Shown here: piece by piece, positions 27,702-40,800 of the stretch
Numbering within the stretch: position 1 is the first letter of the stretch
How the letters are laid out: each line of letters opens with the position of its first letter
NCBI GenBank assembly: GCA_949292525.1
Contig: CASEZJ010000003.1
Location: 7,594 to 71,593, forward strand
From: an uncultured bacterium
GTDB lineage: Bacteria; Bacillota_I; Bacilli_A; Acholeplasmatales; Anaeroplasmataceae
Direction: 5' to 3'
DNA length: 64,000 nucleotides
Notes under the pieces: generated by a model
Database searches by the model: none
Told to the model about the DNA's origin: nothing
Seen by the model: only the letters and a program-made list of their open reading frames with translations
Program-made: the position numbers and the translations under genes

Positions 27702-30700
27702 ATGGCAAAACATTATAAATATATTAAAATTGGCTTGGCTTCTCCCGAAGAAATTTTACGTTGGTCTCATGGTGAAGTTAAAAAGCATGAAACAATTAAT
27801 TATCGTACTTTAAAACCAGAACCAGACGGCTTATTCTGTGAAAAAATCTTTGGTCCTACTAAGGATTACCAATGTTATTGTGGTAAGTCAAAAAGAAGTG
27901 CTGATAAAGGTAAAGTTTGTGAAAAGTGTGGGGTTGAATTAACAGAATCAAAAGTTAGAAGAGAAAGAATGGGGCATATAGTTTTAGCTAGTCCTGTTGT
28001 TCATACTTGGTTTTTAAAGAATTCACCATCACCTTTAGCTATTTTATTAGATATTAAAAATAAAGATTTAGAAAGTATTGTATATTTTGCTTCTTATATT
28101 GTTATTGATCCAGGTAAAACACCATTAGCTAAAAAAGATATTTTAGATGAAGCTAAATATTCAGAAATGTATGAAAAATATGGTAATACATTTGTGGCAT
28201 TAACAGGTGCTGAAGCAGTAAAAAAATTATTACAAGAACTTGATCTAAAGAAAGAAGAACAAAATTTAAGAAAACTTTTAAAAACAAGATCTAAACAAAA
28301 ACGTGATAGTGTTATTAAAAGATTAGAGATAGTAGAATCATTCCTACATTCATCAAATAAACCTGAATGGATGGTATTAAGTGTATTACCAGTTATTCCA
28401 CCTGATCTTCGTCCTATGGTTCAACTTGATGGTGGTAGATTTGCTACTACAGATTTAAATGATTTATATAGAAGAATTTTAAACCGTAACAATCGTTTAA
28501 AGAAACAAATAGAACAAGGTGCACCTCACCTTATCACTAAAAACGAAAAACGTATGTTACAAGAAGCAGTTGATGCTTTAATAGATAATTCTAAACGTAA
28601 AAACAATAATGATAAAGCTCATCACTTAAAGAGCTTATCTGATATGTTAAGAGGTAAACAAGGTCGTTTTAGACAAAATCTACTAGGTAAACGTGTTGAT
28701 TATTCTGGTCGTTCAGTTATCGTAGTAGGACCGAGTTTAAAAATGTATCAATGTGGTATTCCTAGAGAAATGGCATTGACATTATTTAAACCATATGTAA
28801 TTAGAGAATTAATGGCAAATGATTCTAGTTTATCTATTCCATCAGCAAAAAAGAAATGTGAAAGACAAGAAGAATGTGTATGGCCATTACTTGAAAAAGT
28901 TGTTGTAGAACACCCTGTTTTATTAAACCGTGCTCCTACACTTCACCGTTTAGGTATTCAAGCATTTGAGCCGGTACTAATTGAAGGTAAAGCTATAAGA
29001 TTACATCCACTTGTATGTACAGCCTTCAATGCCGATTTTGATGGGGATCAAATGGCTGTCCATGTTCCACTATCTTTAGAAGCTCAAGCTGAAGCTAGAT
29101 TATTAATGTTAGCTTCTAATAATATCTTAAACCCTAAAGATGGTAAGCCAGTTGTTACACCAAGTCAGGATATGGTTTTAGGTAACTATTATTTAACTAT
29201 TGAAAGAATAGGTGAGCCTAAAGAAGGCCATTTCTTCCGTGATTATAACGAAGCTTACTTAGCATATAAAAACAACGAAATAACGCTTCATACACGTATT
29301 TTTGTTGATCCACATTATTTACCTGAAACTCGTTTTACAGGTGTTGATATTAATGGTAAATACTTATTTACTACAATCGGTAAAATGATTTTTAATACTA
29401 TTATACCTGTAGATTTCCCATACTTAAATGAAGCTACAGATTATAATTTAACTCAAAGAGTTCCAGAAAATTATTTATTCTCACCTAAAAAAGATGATAT
29501 TAAAGACTTCTTAGCTCATGAAGAAGTTAAACCATTCAAAAAGAAATTCTTAGCTAATATTATTGCTGAAGTATTTAAACGTCATCAAACAACAGAAACT
29601 TCAGCCATGGTAGATAGATTAAAAGATTTAGGTTTCCATTATTCAACTAAATCAGGTATTACAATCTCAATGTCTGACGTACTTTTATATAAAGGTAAAG
29701 ATGTAAGAATTGCTGAGGCTGATCAAAAAGTTGATCGTATTCAAGAAGCATTTGAACTTGGTTTATTAACTGAACAAGAAAGAAAAAATCAAGTTAAAGC
29801 TGAATGGAATAAAGCTCGTTCTGATATTGAAAACGGGGTATGGGCTGAATTACAAAAATATGAAGACAACGCTATTTTCATGATGGCTGATTCAGGAAGC
29901 CGTGGTTCATCATCTAACTTTGCCCAATTAGCAGGTATGCGTGGTTTGATGGCTAATACAGCTGGTGAATCAATAGAAGTTCCGGTTAAAGCTAACTTCC
30001 GTGAAGGCCTATCAGTATCTGAATTCTTTATTTCAACACACGGCTCAAGAAAAGGTTCAACAGATACAGCCTTAAAAACAGCTGAATCAGGTTATTTAAC
30101 AAGAAGACTTGTCGACGTATCACAAGATGTAATCATCGTTACTGAAGATTGTGGTACTGAAAAAGGATTCTGGTTAACTGATGTTTTAGGCGATGATGGT
30201 AAAGTTATGTACCCAGCTTATGAAAGAGCGATTGGTCGTTTCGCCGCTGCTGATATCGTTAATCCACAAACTGGTGAAGTAATCTGCCCACGTAATGAAA
30301 TGGTAGATGAAGAAACAGCTCAAAAAATTAAAGAATGTGGAATTAACAAAGTTTATATGCGTACTAACTTAACATGTAATTGTACTAATGGCGTATGTAT
30401 GAAATGCTATGGCCGTAACCTAGCAACTAATAAATTAGTTGAAGTTGGTGAAGCAGTAGGTATCGTAGCCGCTCAATCAATTGGTGAACCAGGTACCCAA
30501 TTAACAATGCGTACATTCCATACCGGTGGTGTTGCCTCAACAGCCGATATTACTCAAGGTTTACCAAGAGTACAAGAATTGTTTGAAGCTCGTAAACCTA
30601 AAGGTAAAGCTACATTAGCCGAAAACCCAGGTACTATAACTAATATTGAAAGAACTAAATCAGGTCTTGAAATAACAATTAAACCAGATTCTGAAGTCTA

Positions 30701-31445
30701 TGGCGAAGAAGAAAAAGAAGTTGTAGAAGTAACTTCTGAATTATTAGTTCAAGTAGGAGACCATGTAAATCGTGGTGATAGACTAATTAAAGGTCCAATT
30801 CATCCAAAAGAATTATTACGTATTAAAGGTACTGAAGCTGTTCAAAAATATTTAGTAGAAGAAGTTCAAAAAGTATATCGTTCTCAAGGTGTTGAAATTT
30901 CTGATAAACACATCGAAATTATCGTAAGACAAATGTTAAGAAAAATTCATGTTAATCAAGAAGGCTCATCAGATTTATTACCAGGTCGTGATATTTCTAC
31001 TCAAGAATTTAAAGACGCCGTTAAAGCAACTTTAGCTATTGGAGGAGAATTACCAAAAGGTAAACAATTATTACTTGGTATAACTAAAGCAGCCTTAGCA
31101 TCTAACTCTTTCTTATCTGCATGTTCATTCCAAGAAACAACAAGAATTTTAACATCAGCTGCAATAGCAAGCAAAGTTGATGAATTAAAAGGCTTAAAAG
31201 AAAATGTAATTATTGGTGGATTAATCCCAGCTGGTACAGGTTTATTACATGATACAGCATTTGATTGTAAACATGCCCCAGTTGAAGAAGAATTTGAAGA
31301 TGAAGAAGAAACATTAGAAGTAACTGATAACGAACAAAACGTTTTAGATAATGAAGATTTTGAAGATGAAGAAGATGATTCATTTATCTCAGAAGAAGAA
31401 GCATTAGAAGACGATTTAGAATTTGATGAAGAAGATGAAAATTAA
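27702..31445 (+). CDS. rpoC: DNA-directed RNA polymerase subunit beta' (with acidic C-terminal tail)
   Basis: It has the catalytic motif [12 protein letters not shown] and the Zn-finger region CYCGK...CEKCG. The last ~55 aa are mostly D/E. Confidence 0.98.
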   Translation: MAKHYKYIKIGLASPEEILRWSHGEVKKHETINYRTLKPEPDGLFCEKIFGPTKDYQCYCGKSKRSADKGKVCEKCGVELTESKVRRERMGHIVLASPVVHTWFLKNSPSPLAILLDIKNKDLESIVYFASYIVIDPGKTPLAKKDILDEAKYSEMYEKYGNTFVALTGAEAVKKLLQELDLKKEEQNLRKLLKTRSKQKRDSVIKRLEIVESFLHSSNKPEWMVLSVLPVIPPDLRPMVQLDGGRFATTDLNDLYRRILNRNNRLKKQIEQGAPHLITKNEKRMLQEAVDALIDNSKRKNNNDKAHHLKSLSDMLRGKQGRFRQNLLGKRVDYSGRSVIVVGPSLKMYQCGIPREMALTLFKPYVIRELMANDSSLSIPSAKKKCERQEECVWPLLEKVVVEHPVLLNRAPTLHRLGIQAFEPVLIEGKAIRLHPLVCTAFNADFDGDQMAVHVPLSLEAQAEARLLMLASNNILNPKDGKPVVTPSQDMVLGNYYLTIERIGEPKEGHFFRDYNEAYLAYKNNEITLHTRIFVDPHYLPETRFTGVDINGKYLFTTIGKMIFNTIIPVDFPYLNEATDYNLTQRVPENYLFSPKKDDIKDFLAHEEVKPFKKKFLANIIAEVFKRHQTTETSAMVDRLKDLGFHYSTKSGITISMSDVLLYKGKDVRIAEADQKVDRIQEAFELGLLTEQERKNQVKAEWNKARSDIENGVWAELQKYEDNAIFMMADSGSRGSSSNFAQLAGMRGLMANTAGESIEVPVKANFREGLSVSEFFISTHGSRKGSTDTALKTAESGYLTRRLVDVSQDVIIVTEDCGTEKGFWLTDVLGDDGKVMYPAYERAIGRFAAADIVNPQTGEVICPRNEMVDEETAQKIKECGINKVYMRTNLTCNCTNGVCMKCYGRNLATNKLVEVGEAVGIVAAQSIGEPGTQLTMRTFHTGGVASTADITQGLPRVQELFEARKPKGKATLAENPGTITNIERTKSGLEITIKPDSEVYGEEEKEVVEVTSELLVQVGDHVNRGDRLIKGPIHPKELLRIKGTEAVQKYLVEEVQKVYRSQGVEISDKHIEIIVRQMLRKIHVNQEGSSDLLPGRDISTQEFKDAVKATLAIGGELPKGKQLLLGITKAALASNSFLSACSFQETTRILTSAAIASKVDELKGLKENVIIGGLIPAGTGLLHDTAFDCKHAPVEEEFEDEEETLEVTDNEQNVLDNEDFEDEEDDSFISEEEALEDDLEFDEEDEN

Positions 31446-31472
31446 GGATAAGTTTAAGCTTATCCTTTTTTT
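31444..31472 (+). terminator. rho-independent terminator of rpoBC
   Basis: The hairpin is GGATAAG-TTTAAG-CTTATCC, followed by TTTTTTT. Confidence 0.7.
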
Positions 31473-31676
31473 ATTGTAAAAAAAGGCTCTATTAAAACAA
31501 AAAACAATGCTTAAAGAAAATGTAGTAGAGAAACAAAAAAAGATAGCCTTAAAATTCCACATCTTAAAAGCTATAAAAATGCTGTAAACAAAATAGGTTT
31601 AATTTTAATAACCACATTTTATATTTTTGCAAAAAACCCACAAACTAAGGCAAAAAACACTTTTAAATTGTAAAAT

Positions 31677-31692
31677 AAAAAAAAAAAAAAAA
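31677..31692. repeat. homopolymeric A16 tract
   Basis: I counted 16 consecutive A. The tract ends 43 nt upstream of the -35 element of the giant gene's candidate promoter. Confidence 0.9.
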
Positions 31693-31735
31693 CAATGTTT
31701 TTAGTTATAAACATGTATATTTAATAAGCTCTTTA

Positions 31736-31765
31736 TTGTCAAAGAAAGCGCTTTTTATATATAAT
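31736..31765 (+). promoter_or_regulatory. candidate sigma-A promoter of the giant surface protein gene
   Basis: The elements are TTGTCA, an 18-nt spacer and TATAAT. It lies ~90 nt upstream of the start codon. Confidence 0.5.
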
Positions 31766-31857
31766 ATAAAAACAATGGATTAGTGCGCACTTTTTATGTT
31801 GTTTCTAGTGCTTACTTATTATCTAAAATAATTATTTTTTGATTGGGAGGTAATTTC

Positions 31858-34800
31858 ATGAAAAGAAGAAAAATTATTTACTCAATTGGTTTATTAATTA
31901 TTACGGCCTTATTATTGCTTACTTTTCAAAATAGTAAAATTAAAGGGCAAAAGGATTATGGTCAAACCAATACTGATCACACCATTTTAGTTGGTAAAAA
32001 AGATCCAAATGATCAAAATAATTATGATGAAATTTTTAGTGATATTGCTACAGCTTTAAATGAAGCTGAAGCTGATTATGAAACTATGACAACAATTATT
32101 CTAACTAAAGATACAAGTTTAGATGAAGATATAACTATTAAATCTGGTCAGAATATTAAGGTAGTTAGTAAAGATCAAGATGTAGTAATTGGTGTGACTA
32201 ACCGAGGTTATACTTTAAGTATAGAAAGCACAATATCTTTAGATTTACAATCAAGCTTATCTTTTGATTGTAATGTTGATTTAAAAACAAATGGTAGTAT
32301 CAAGGCTAATTTTGAAAAAATAGGCGATACGTTTTTTTTACCACGTCTTGAAATATATGATTCATTGAACGCTTTAGGTGGTAGCCTTAATACAGATTAT
32401 TTTAATAGCATTAATGTTTATGGTACTATCAATCTAACAGCAGGTAATATTACAAGTTCAAATGAAGAAGAAGAAAATGTTGCCTTAAATATACCATTAA
32501 CGTTACAAGGTACTAATAGTGGTTTAGTTTATACTGGTGGCACATTAAACACTAAAATTGCTGGTGAAGGTTTAGTAGTTACTACAAATGATATAACTAC
32601 AATTGATGCACCTGATACCGTTATGAAAATTAAAGCTGAGGTATTAACTGCTGAGAGTGAAAATAATGTAGAATTATCATCAAAATTATCATCAAAAACC
32701 GCGGGTATTTATATTTTAGATTCAACTATTAACTATTCTCTAACAAGTAGTCTTACTTTAAGTGATGACCTTACATTAATAGCATTAGGTGATGCAACAA
32801 TAACAGTTGGCCAAAATGGTTATTTTAATGTTTCAAATGGTAAGACTTTAAATATCAACGGTTATTTAGATGGTAATTCAAGCTCTAATACTTTTTATTC
32901 TATTGGTGCTAATAATTTAATCATTGATGGTGGAATTACTTGGGAACAAAATAAAAATAATGGTACATATTATTTTGTTACTGATTCATATGAACCAGGT
33001 AAAGGTGATGCTGAGACTTTTGGTAGAGAAAAATATAGTGCTTCAGGCAATACTTCAAGTTACCCATTAATTAGGGTTAATGGTAGCGGTTCTACCCTAA
33101 ATTTATATCAAAATGCAGTTTTACAAAACAGAATAAATACACAACCAGAAGAAAAAAGTAATAATTCAGGTGGCGCAGTAGCATTAAATGGTGAAGCTAA
33201 GGATAAAAGAGTTAATTTAAATATTATTGGTGCTAATATTAGATATAATGCTCTACCTAATGTAGCAAATAGTTCTGGTGGTGCTGGTATTGGTGCATAT
33301 AATGCTAACATTCATATGTATTCAGGTAGCATTGATCATAACACAGTATATAAACAAGCTGGATTTACAGAAATGGAGAATGGTCAGGAAGTTGCTAGTA
33401 CAGATGGTGCTGGTGTATCATTAATTGAAAATGCTAAACTTATTATGGAAGATGGTTATATTAGTTATAATCATGGTAGTAGTAATTATAATTCAGATGG
33501 TGCTGGTATTATGGTTCGCCAATCATCAAATTTAGATATAAGAGGTGGCGAGGTAAGTTACAACTTTACATATGGTTATGGTGGCGGTATTTGTATTTAC
33601 AATTCTCAAGTTGATATTTCTAATGGCCGTATATTTGGTAACCGTGCAACTTATGGTGGCGGTATAGCTTCAAGTCATGAAAATTCAGCTAATTTAGATG
33701 ATACTACCATTAGATTAGGTATAGCTGGTGAAGAATCAAATCTAGATGTTACTTCTAACACCGCATTTACTCCAACAAAAGCTGAAGGTAAAGCTACTGG
33801 TTATGGTGGTGGTGTAGCTTTAGGAAATGATCAATTAAATAATAATCAACAATTAATAGTAAATGACGCTAATATTTATAACAATACAGCTATTTATGGT
33901 GGTGGTATTTCTGCATATACTAATGGTGGAGATAATGGTGGTAGACTTTATTTAAGAGGTGGAAATATTAGTAATAATATTGCTGAAACTTCTAATAATG
34001 GCAATGGTATATATGTTTATAGTAAAGGTAATGATGGTATTAATTCATTAGTATACCTATCAGGTAGTATAAAGATAGATACATCTAATAATATTGTTTT
34101 TGCTGACTTAGATACATTAAATAATTCTCAAAATGATGTAATAAGCAATGATGACTGGCCTAAATGGGAAAACACAAACGTAATAGAACGTGATTTCAAT
34201 GGCCTTGTTCATTATAAATATCAAAATTTAGATGTTGCTGATAATAATTATCATTATTTAGTTATAAATAGTGATGACAGACTAAACACATCAGCAGGTT
34301 ATATATTTGAAATAACCCCATATACAGATGTTACTTTTCACTTTAATCTAATAAGACCATATGGTAAAGGTGATTTATCGACCTCATTTTCAATTATTAA
34401 TAAATCAAATAATACAACCGTTTATACTAAAAATAGTTTAGACAGTTTGGGACGTAGAGGTTTAACTGGTAAGTGGACACCTGATTCAGTTCAATTAATG
34501 GCTGGCATAACATATAGTATTATTGCATCAAAGGATGTAGCTATGAAAGATATTAGTTATTCTAATGCCACTCAAACTCCTATAGTAGTAGAAGATACAT
34601 TAACTGCTACAGGTGCAATAGGTTTAATAACTTATGATGATAGTAATCAATACTCTACACATTCTACTTTAGCAGCTTATAAAAATGGTGAAGCCCAAGA
34701 AGATAAATTCATTATTGATAATGCTAATTATCATGTTTCAGCTCAAGGAAAAGCTATAAAAATTGTTAAAACAGAAACAGATAAAAATTATATTGCTGAA

Positions 34801-37800
34801 GTTGTTAAATTAGATGTTCCTAATAATAAGTTCACTAATTTAAGCGATGCAATAAGCGCAATAACCAAATCTTCTGATACTAATTTTACTATTCAAATAT
34901 TACAAAATGTTAATTTAACAAAAGAAGACTTTATTACTATACCTACTGGTAAACATGTAACTATAACATCAGCAGATGAAAATAGATTTACGTTAAATAT
35001 TCCACCAGAAATAGAAAGTGACGGAAGTACTATATTTACAATAGAAAATGGTGCAAGTTTAACCTTATCTAATATCATTTATGAAGGTGGAGCAAGTAAA
35101 AATAAGGAATTTGTTGTTGTTGAAAATAATGGTACATTTACGCTTGAAAGTGGTGCTGAAATAAACAGTAACTTAGCACCTGATGGTTTAGCTTCTATTG
35201 AAATTGGTAGAGGTAAAACTACTACTGAAATTGCTGGTATAATTAGCAAAAACGAAGGTCAATATGGTGCTATATTCATTCCTTTCTCAGAAGCTAATGT
35301 TAACATTACAAATGGTGCTCAAATATATGACAACCGATATACTGGTAATATTACAGGTTTAGAAAATATCGGTGAATATGTAGATATAGTTTTAGAAAGT
35401 GGGAATCTTAATTTAAATGATTTAACAAAAGATTCTAATATTGGCGTTATAGTTAAACAAGGTAGTGGTAGTATAAATGCTTCTAATTTAGCTAACACAA
35501 CTTCAATTGGAATTAAATTAAATGGTTCATATAACGAACAAACAGATACATACGCAAATTATTATCGTAATGCAGTTGCGGTAAATGTTACGGATTCAAA
35601 TACCTATACTGATAAATTTAAATTAATTGCACCTAACAATCCTCTTGATTCATTAATAAAAGAAGAAGTTGGTAGTGATTTAATCTTAAATATGGTTTTA
35701 GCAGTTGAGATTTCTTTCTCTAATGCATGGAATGCAAATGAAGATAAAACAGGCTATATTAAAGGCGAAACTGTAGATGTAGTTAGTGATGCATATGATT
35801 CTTTTACAGATATTAAAAATATAATTAAAACATTGTTTAACGTTGATGTAAATGAAGACAATTATACTAATTATTTAACTGTAAAAGTAAAAGAAGACAC
35901 TATAATTTTCTATATTGATTCTACTAAACAATTACAATTTAGTAGATTCACTGAAATAACATCACGTGGCAGTTATTATTTGAATGGTTTTGTTCAATAT
36001 GAAAAAAGTGCCGATACTTCTAATACTTATTATGGTACTAGTTCATATATATCAGTTCAAAACTTTAGTCAAAGAACTAATCATATTTATTTAGGTACAG
36101 TTTGGGAACCTAATTCATATGTTTTTGAATTTAATGCAGGTGGATTAAGTACTGCTTTAGGTGAAATGGAAAATCAAACTATTTATCATAATAATTTTGA
36201 TGATTCTACTAAATATCCAAATATTGATACTAACCTATATTATGCAATTGGTTTTTATTTTAAAGGTTGGAAAGTAAAAGCTAAGACAGGATTTGTTCAA
36301 GAAAATCGTGAAGATTTAGTCATAGCTGATGGAGATCAAATAACACCAAGTATGTTAAGTTCGATCACATCTCAAGCTGATGGTGATACATCTTTTGTTT
36401 TTGAAGCTCAATGGGTTTCTATCTTTGGCGATAATAATAATGATGGCTTTGCTAATATTAGTAACGTTGGTACAAGCCGCAATAATCCATTTATTATTAG
36501 AGACGTTGAAGGATTAAATGTTTTAGCAGATACTATTAGTGATGATAACGATTCATATATGGTTGATGAATATAATTACTATACTATCATAACTGTAACT
36601 AATGAAGAAACTAACGTAGTAAATAAAGGTTATGAAACAAATAGTTATGCAGGTTATTACTTTAAATTAGATGATAATTTTGACAATACTAATGATTCAT
36701 TTATGAAGGTTATTGGAACTATAGATTATTTAGGTGATAACTATTTTAAGAATCCGGATAATAAAGATCCTATCTATAGCGACATTTTAAATACTCAAGA
36801 AAATCATCCATTTAGTGGTTATTTTGATGGTAATAAGAAAACAATTAATGTAGACATTAATCCAACAACTAATAAAGACTTTGTTGGTCTATTTGGTTAT
36901 ACAAAAGACGCAACCATTACTAATCTAAATGTTGATGGCATGGTATCTGGTCGTGTTTCTGTGGGTGGTCTTGTTGGTTTAGCCTATGGTGGTAAGATTA
37001 ACAATATCGAAAGTGATGTAGATGTAAGTTTTACAGGTATTAATGCTGGTGGTATTGTTGGTACTTATTACATTGAAACAAAAAACTATAGAAATGGTGA
37101 AGTAAGACATGTTATTAATCGTGGGGAAGTAAAATATACGCCTAGTAGTGATGAGCAAAAAACAGAAGTGTCATTTGGCCCAACTTGGACTGAAAATAAA
37201 TTAATGATTGCTTATCAAGGTACTAGAGCTGGTGGTATTATTGGTCAATCTTTCCATGTTCAATTAATAGAAGCATATAATAGTGGTAATGTCACTGCTC
37301 GTTTTGGTGTTGGTGGTATTATTGGTACTATGATTTCCCAAAACGATGATATTAGTCAGGATAGTGTTGTAAATACAGCATTTAATATAGGTGATGTAGA
37401 AGCAACCTCAGGTCTTGGAACAGATTATGAATACAAAGCCGATAGTACTACAATATATCAAGTGAATGCTTATGTTGGTGGTATTGTTGGTAGAATGTAT
37501 GGTGCATCTACATTATCTAATTCTATGAATGTTGGTAATGTTACAGCATCATGGCGCGGAACATATGATGCAAGTGATCCTAATAACGTAAAATTTACAT
37601 ACAATGATACAAATCCAACACTTGGTGGACGTGGTGCCGGTGGTATTATTGGTGTTACATCTATTGAAATAGATACACTTTTAGGTGGTAATAAATACAT
37701 TAGTAGTGTAATTAACACTGGTAAAGTTAAAGCTTGGAGCCATGCTGGTGGTATTGCAGGTATTTTAGCTTATTCAGATGTTTCTTATAGTATTAACGTA

Positions 37801-40800
37801 GGTGTTGTAGAAGCTGATGGTTATATAACATATAAAGCAGGTAATTATGCATTTACAGGCGCGATAGTAGGTCTTGGTGTAGCAGCTAATTTATCAGCTA
37901 CAGTAGCTTTTGATGGTGACTTAAGCTATAAAACTGAAACAGATTCTATTATTCAAGCAATCGGTGATGATGGTGATGAAAGTGTGGTTTTTGGCTACTC
38001 AGCTAATAGTAGTTTAGCCGCAAAATTATCTTCATCTCACTTGATTTGTCAGCCAAATGATAGTAAACCATATGGTTTATCTTCAACATTCTTTGATACG
38101 GGTTGGGAATGGCAATCATATGACACAGAAGAACCCAAATATTATTATTATCCACAATTAAAATCATTCTCTACAGCAACAACCATTATTTTAAAAGATA
38201 ATAAATCAGTTAGCGAAATATCTGAGGAAGCAGTTAGACTTACAATAAAAGATGGTGAAATAGATAGACCAGTTACAGATGAACATAAAGTTACAATTAT
38301 TCTTAACTTAATGAATGGTAGTATAAGCAATCATAGTCCAATCAAAATTAATGAAGATATCACTTTTAACTATGTAGATAGTGAAAATGTTTGGAAAGCT
38401 GAAAATATCCCTTATAAAAATTATCAACAAGAAGGTAAAACATTAGATTTAGCAGAAATTGAAGAAGTTATGTCTTATCCAGGTTATGATTTTAAAGGTT
38501 GGTATTTAGATGAAGATTACACAGAACCTCCATTTGATGGTTATATTTCTTCTCAAGTTGTACAAACATTATATGCTAAGTGGGTACCTCATCAATATAA
38601 CATTGATTTAACAGGTGTTGTTAAATATTCTAATGGTAATGTTGAATTAAGTAATAATGAAAATTTATCATACACAATAGAAGATACTAGAAAAGGAAAT
38701 GTTAGAGATATCACTTTACCTACAATTAAAGAAAATTCAGCTTACAAATATGAATATTGGATAACAACAATTAATACTACTGAAGGTATAAAAACATATA
38801 ATGCGACAAGTTTTAGCATAACTGAACAAGATAATGGTAACTATTTAATATCTTTCTTTATAAATGGTGTTTCATCTGGACAAGGAACAATTGCCGAATT
38901 ACAACAATTTAATTTTGAATTATATTGTTTAGAAATTAACTATGATATATCATTCATATATAATGATTATACAAGCAATTCAAATCCTACAAGCTTAGAT
39001 GGTGTAACAAATCCTAATTTAGATTCAAATAATACGACTATATCATTCAATATTAATAGTACAGATGGTTTAGAACTTGCTTCTAAACCTGGCTATGAAT
39101 TTATAGGTTGGTTCTATGAAGGCCAAAAAGTAAATACTATTTCCGAAATATTGAAGATTTTAAATAAAGATAAAATCGACATGAAAGATGTCAAACTAGA
39201 AGGTAGATTTGAAGCTGATACCTTTAAGTTAATACTTAATTTAAATGGTGGAACATTTGCGGAGGCAACAGGAAATAGTGTAACACTTGATATAAATGGT
39301 GAAAATTATATACTTGAACGTAATAATGAAGGTGTATGGGTAATAGAAGTACTTTATGGAACTGATATTACATGGCTTACAAAAATTACTTTAAGTCACA
39401 TTAAATCGCCGGCAGGTAAAACATTTATTGAGATGTCAAGCCACATTGATACATCAGAAGATATATTATCTAATATGCCAGCATATGATTTAACAGTTTA
39501 TGCAAACTATGAACCTCAGACTTATAAAATAAAATTAGGAATAACATCTGATGAAGGAACATCTATAAATGGTTTAGCATTTGATTCTACTGATGCAATT
39601 ATACTTATAAATAATGGAACACTAAGTTGGGAAAATGATACATTATATTTAATAACTGAATATGGTGCTGATCTATCAGATGCTTTAAAAACAATACAAA
39701 ATGTTCTAAATGCTAGAAATAAAACAAGTTACAAACCTAGTGGTTATGAAGCTAAATATGATGGCAATATATTTAATTATTACAATGTTAAAATAGATGA
39801 AGAATACGATGAAATTTCAATTAATTTCATTTATTCACAAGAAAATTTCATTGTTGATTTTTATGACTCATTAGGTAACTTCATTGCTAAATTTGAAACA
39901 AAAAATAGTGAAGAAAGTTGGTTAAAAGACAATAAAATCATTGTAAGTGAATTAGAACAAGAATTATCTAGAATTTTAGGTGAATATGAATATAAAGTAC
40001 CTAGAGGTTATACAAGTAATAATAATAATTATAATTATATTATATTTGTTAATGATATTGCTATTACTATTACTGATCCAGAAATATCTGTAGCTGGCGC
40101 TTATACTATAATAGAAATTCAATTAACAGCAAAAGAATATAGTGTTAAATTTGAAACTGAAGGCACAGAAGTTACGGACACTATTAAGTTTACATATAAT
40201 GAGCCTATTGCAAAGTTACCAGATTCAAATCGTGATGGTTATGATCTATCAGGTTGGGAATATAACGGTAGTTTATTAGCTATAGAAACCAAATTTAATG
40301 AAGAACATTTCAGTTTTAATTTCGATAATAGTACAGAAATCACTTTAAAAGCTAGATATGAAGCAGCAACTTATAATATAACTTATGAATTTAAAGCTGA
40401 TGCTTATTGGGCAGGAAATATTTCAAATCAAACTCAAAGTGTTAGATATAATGATTTTGAATTTATAGATTTAAAAACTGAATTTAATAATTTTGAAGGT
40501 TACACATTTAGTTCAGCTAGTTATAATAACACAAATATAACAAATAATATTATTGATAATACTTTCTTAGAAGATTTACAGCAAGAAAGAAATATTACAA
40601 TTACTATTAATTTAATAATAAAAACAATTTATATTATATTTAATGCAGGTGAAGGTCATTTTGTATTTGATAAAGATGATATTACTAGAGGCTTCTATTT
40701 AGAAAATATAGCTGATTTAGGTGATTCATCTAAACATATTACTGAAGATAATGGTGACGATTCTAAACTAAGATATTTAGTAATTGAAGCTAACTATTAT

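Noticed and set aside
31507-31587. A 26-codon ORF (MLKENVVEKQKKIALKFHILKAIKML) in the long rpoC-giant gene spacer.
   Set aside because: It has no SD sequence and a low-complexity K-rich product. The spacer is better explained as terminator plus promoter/upstream region.
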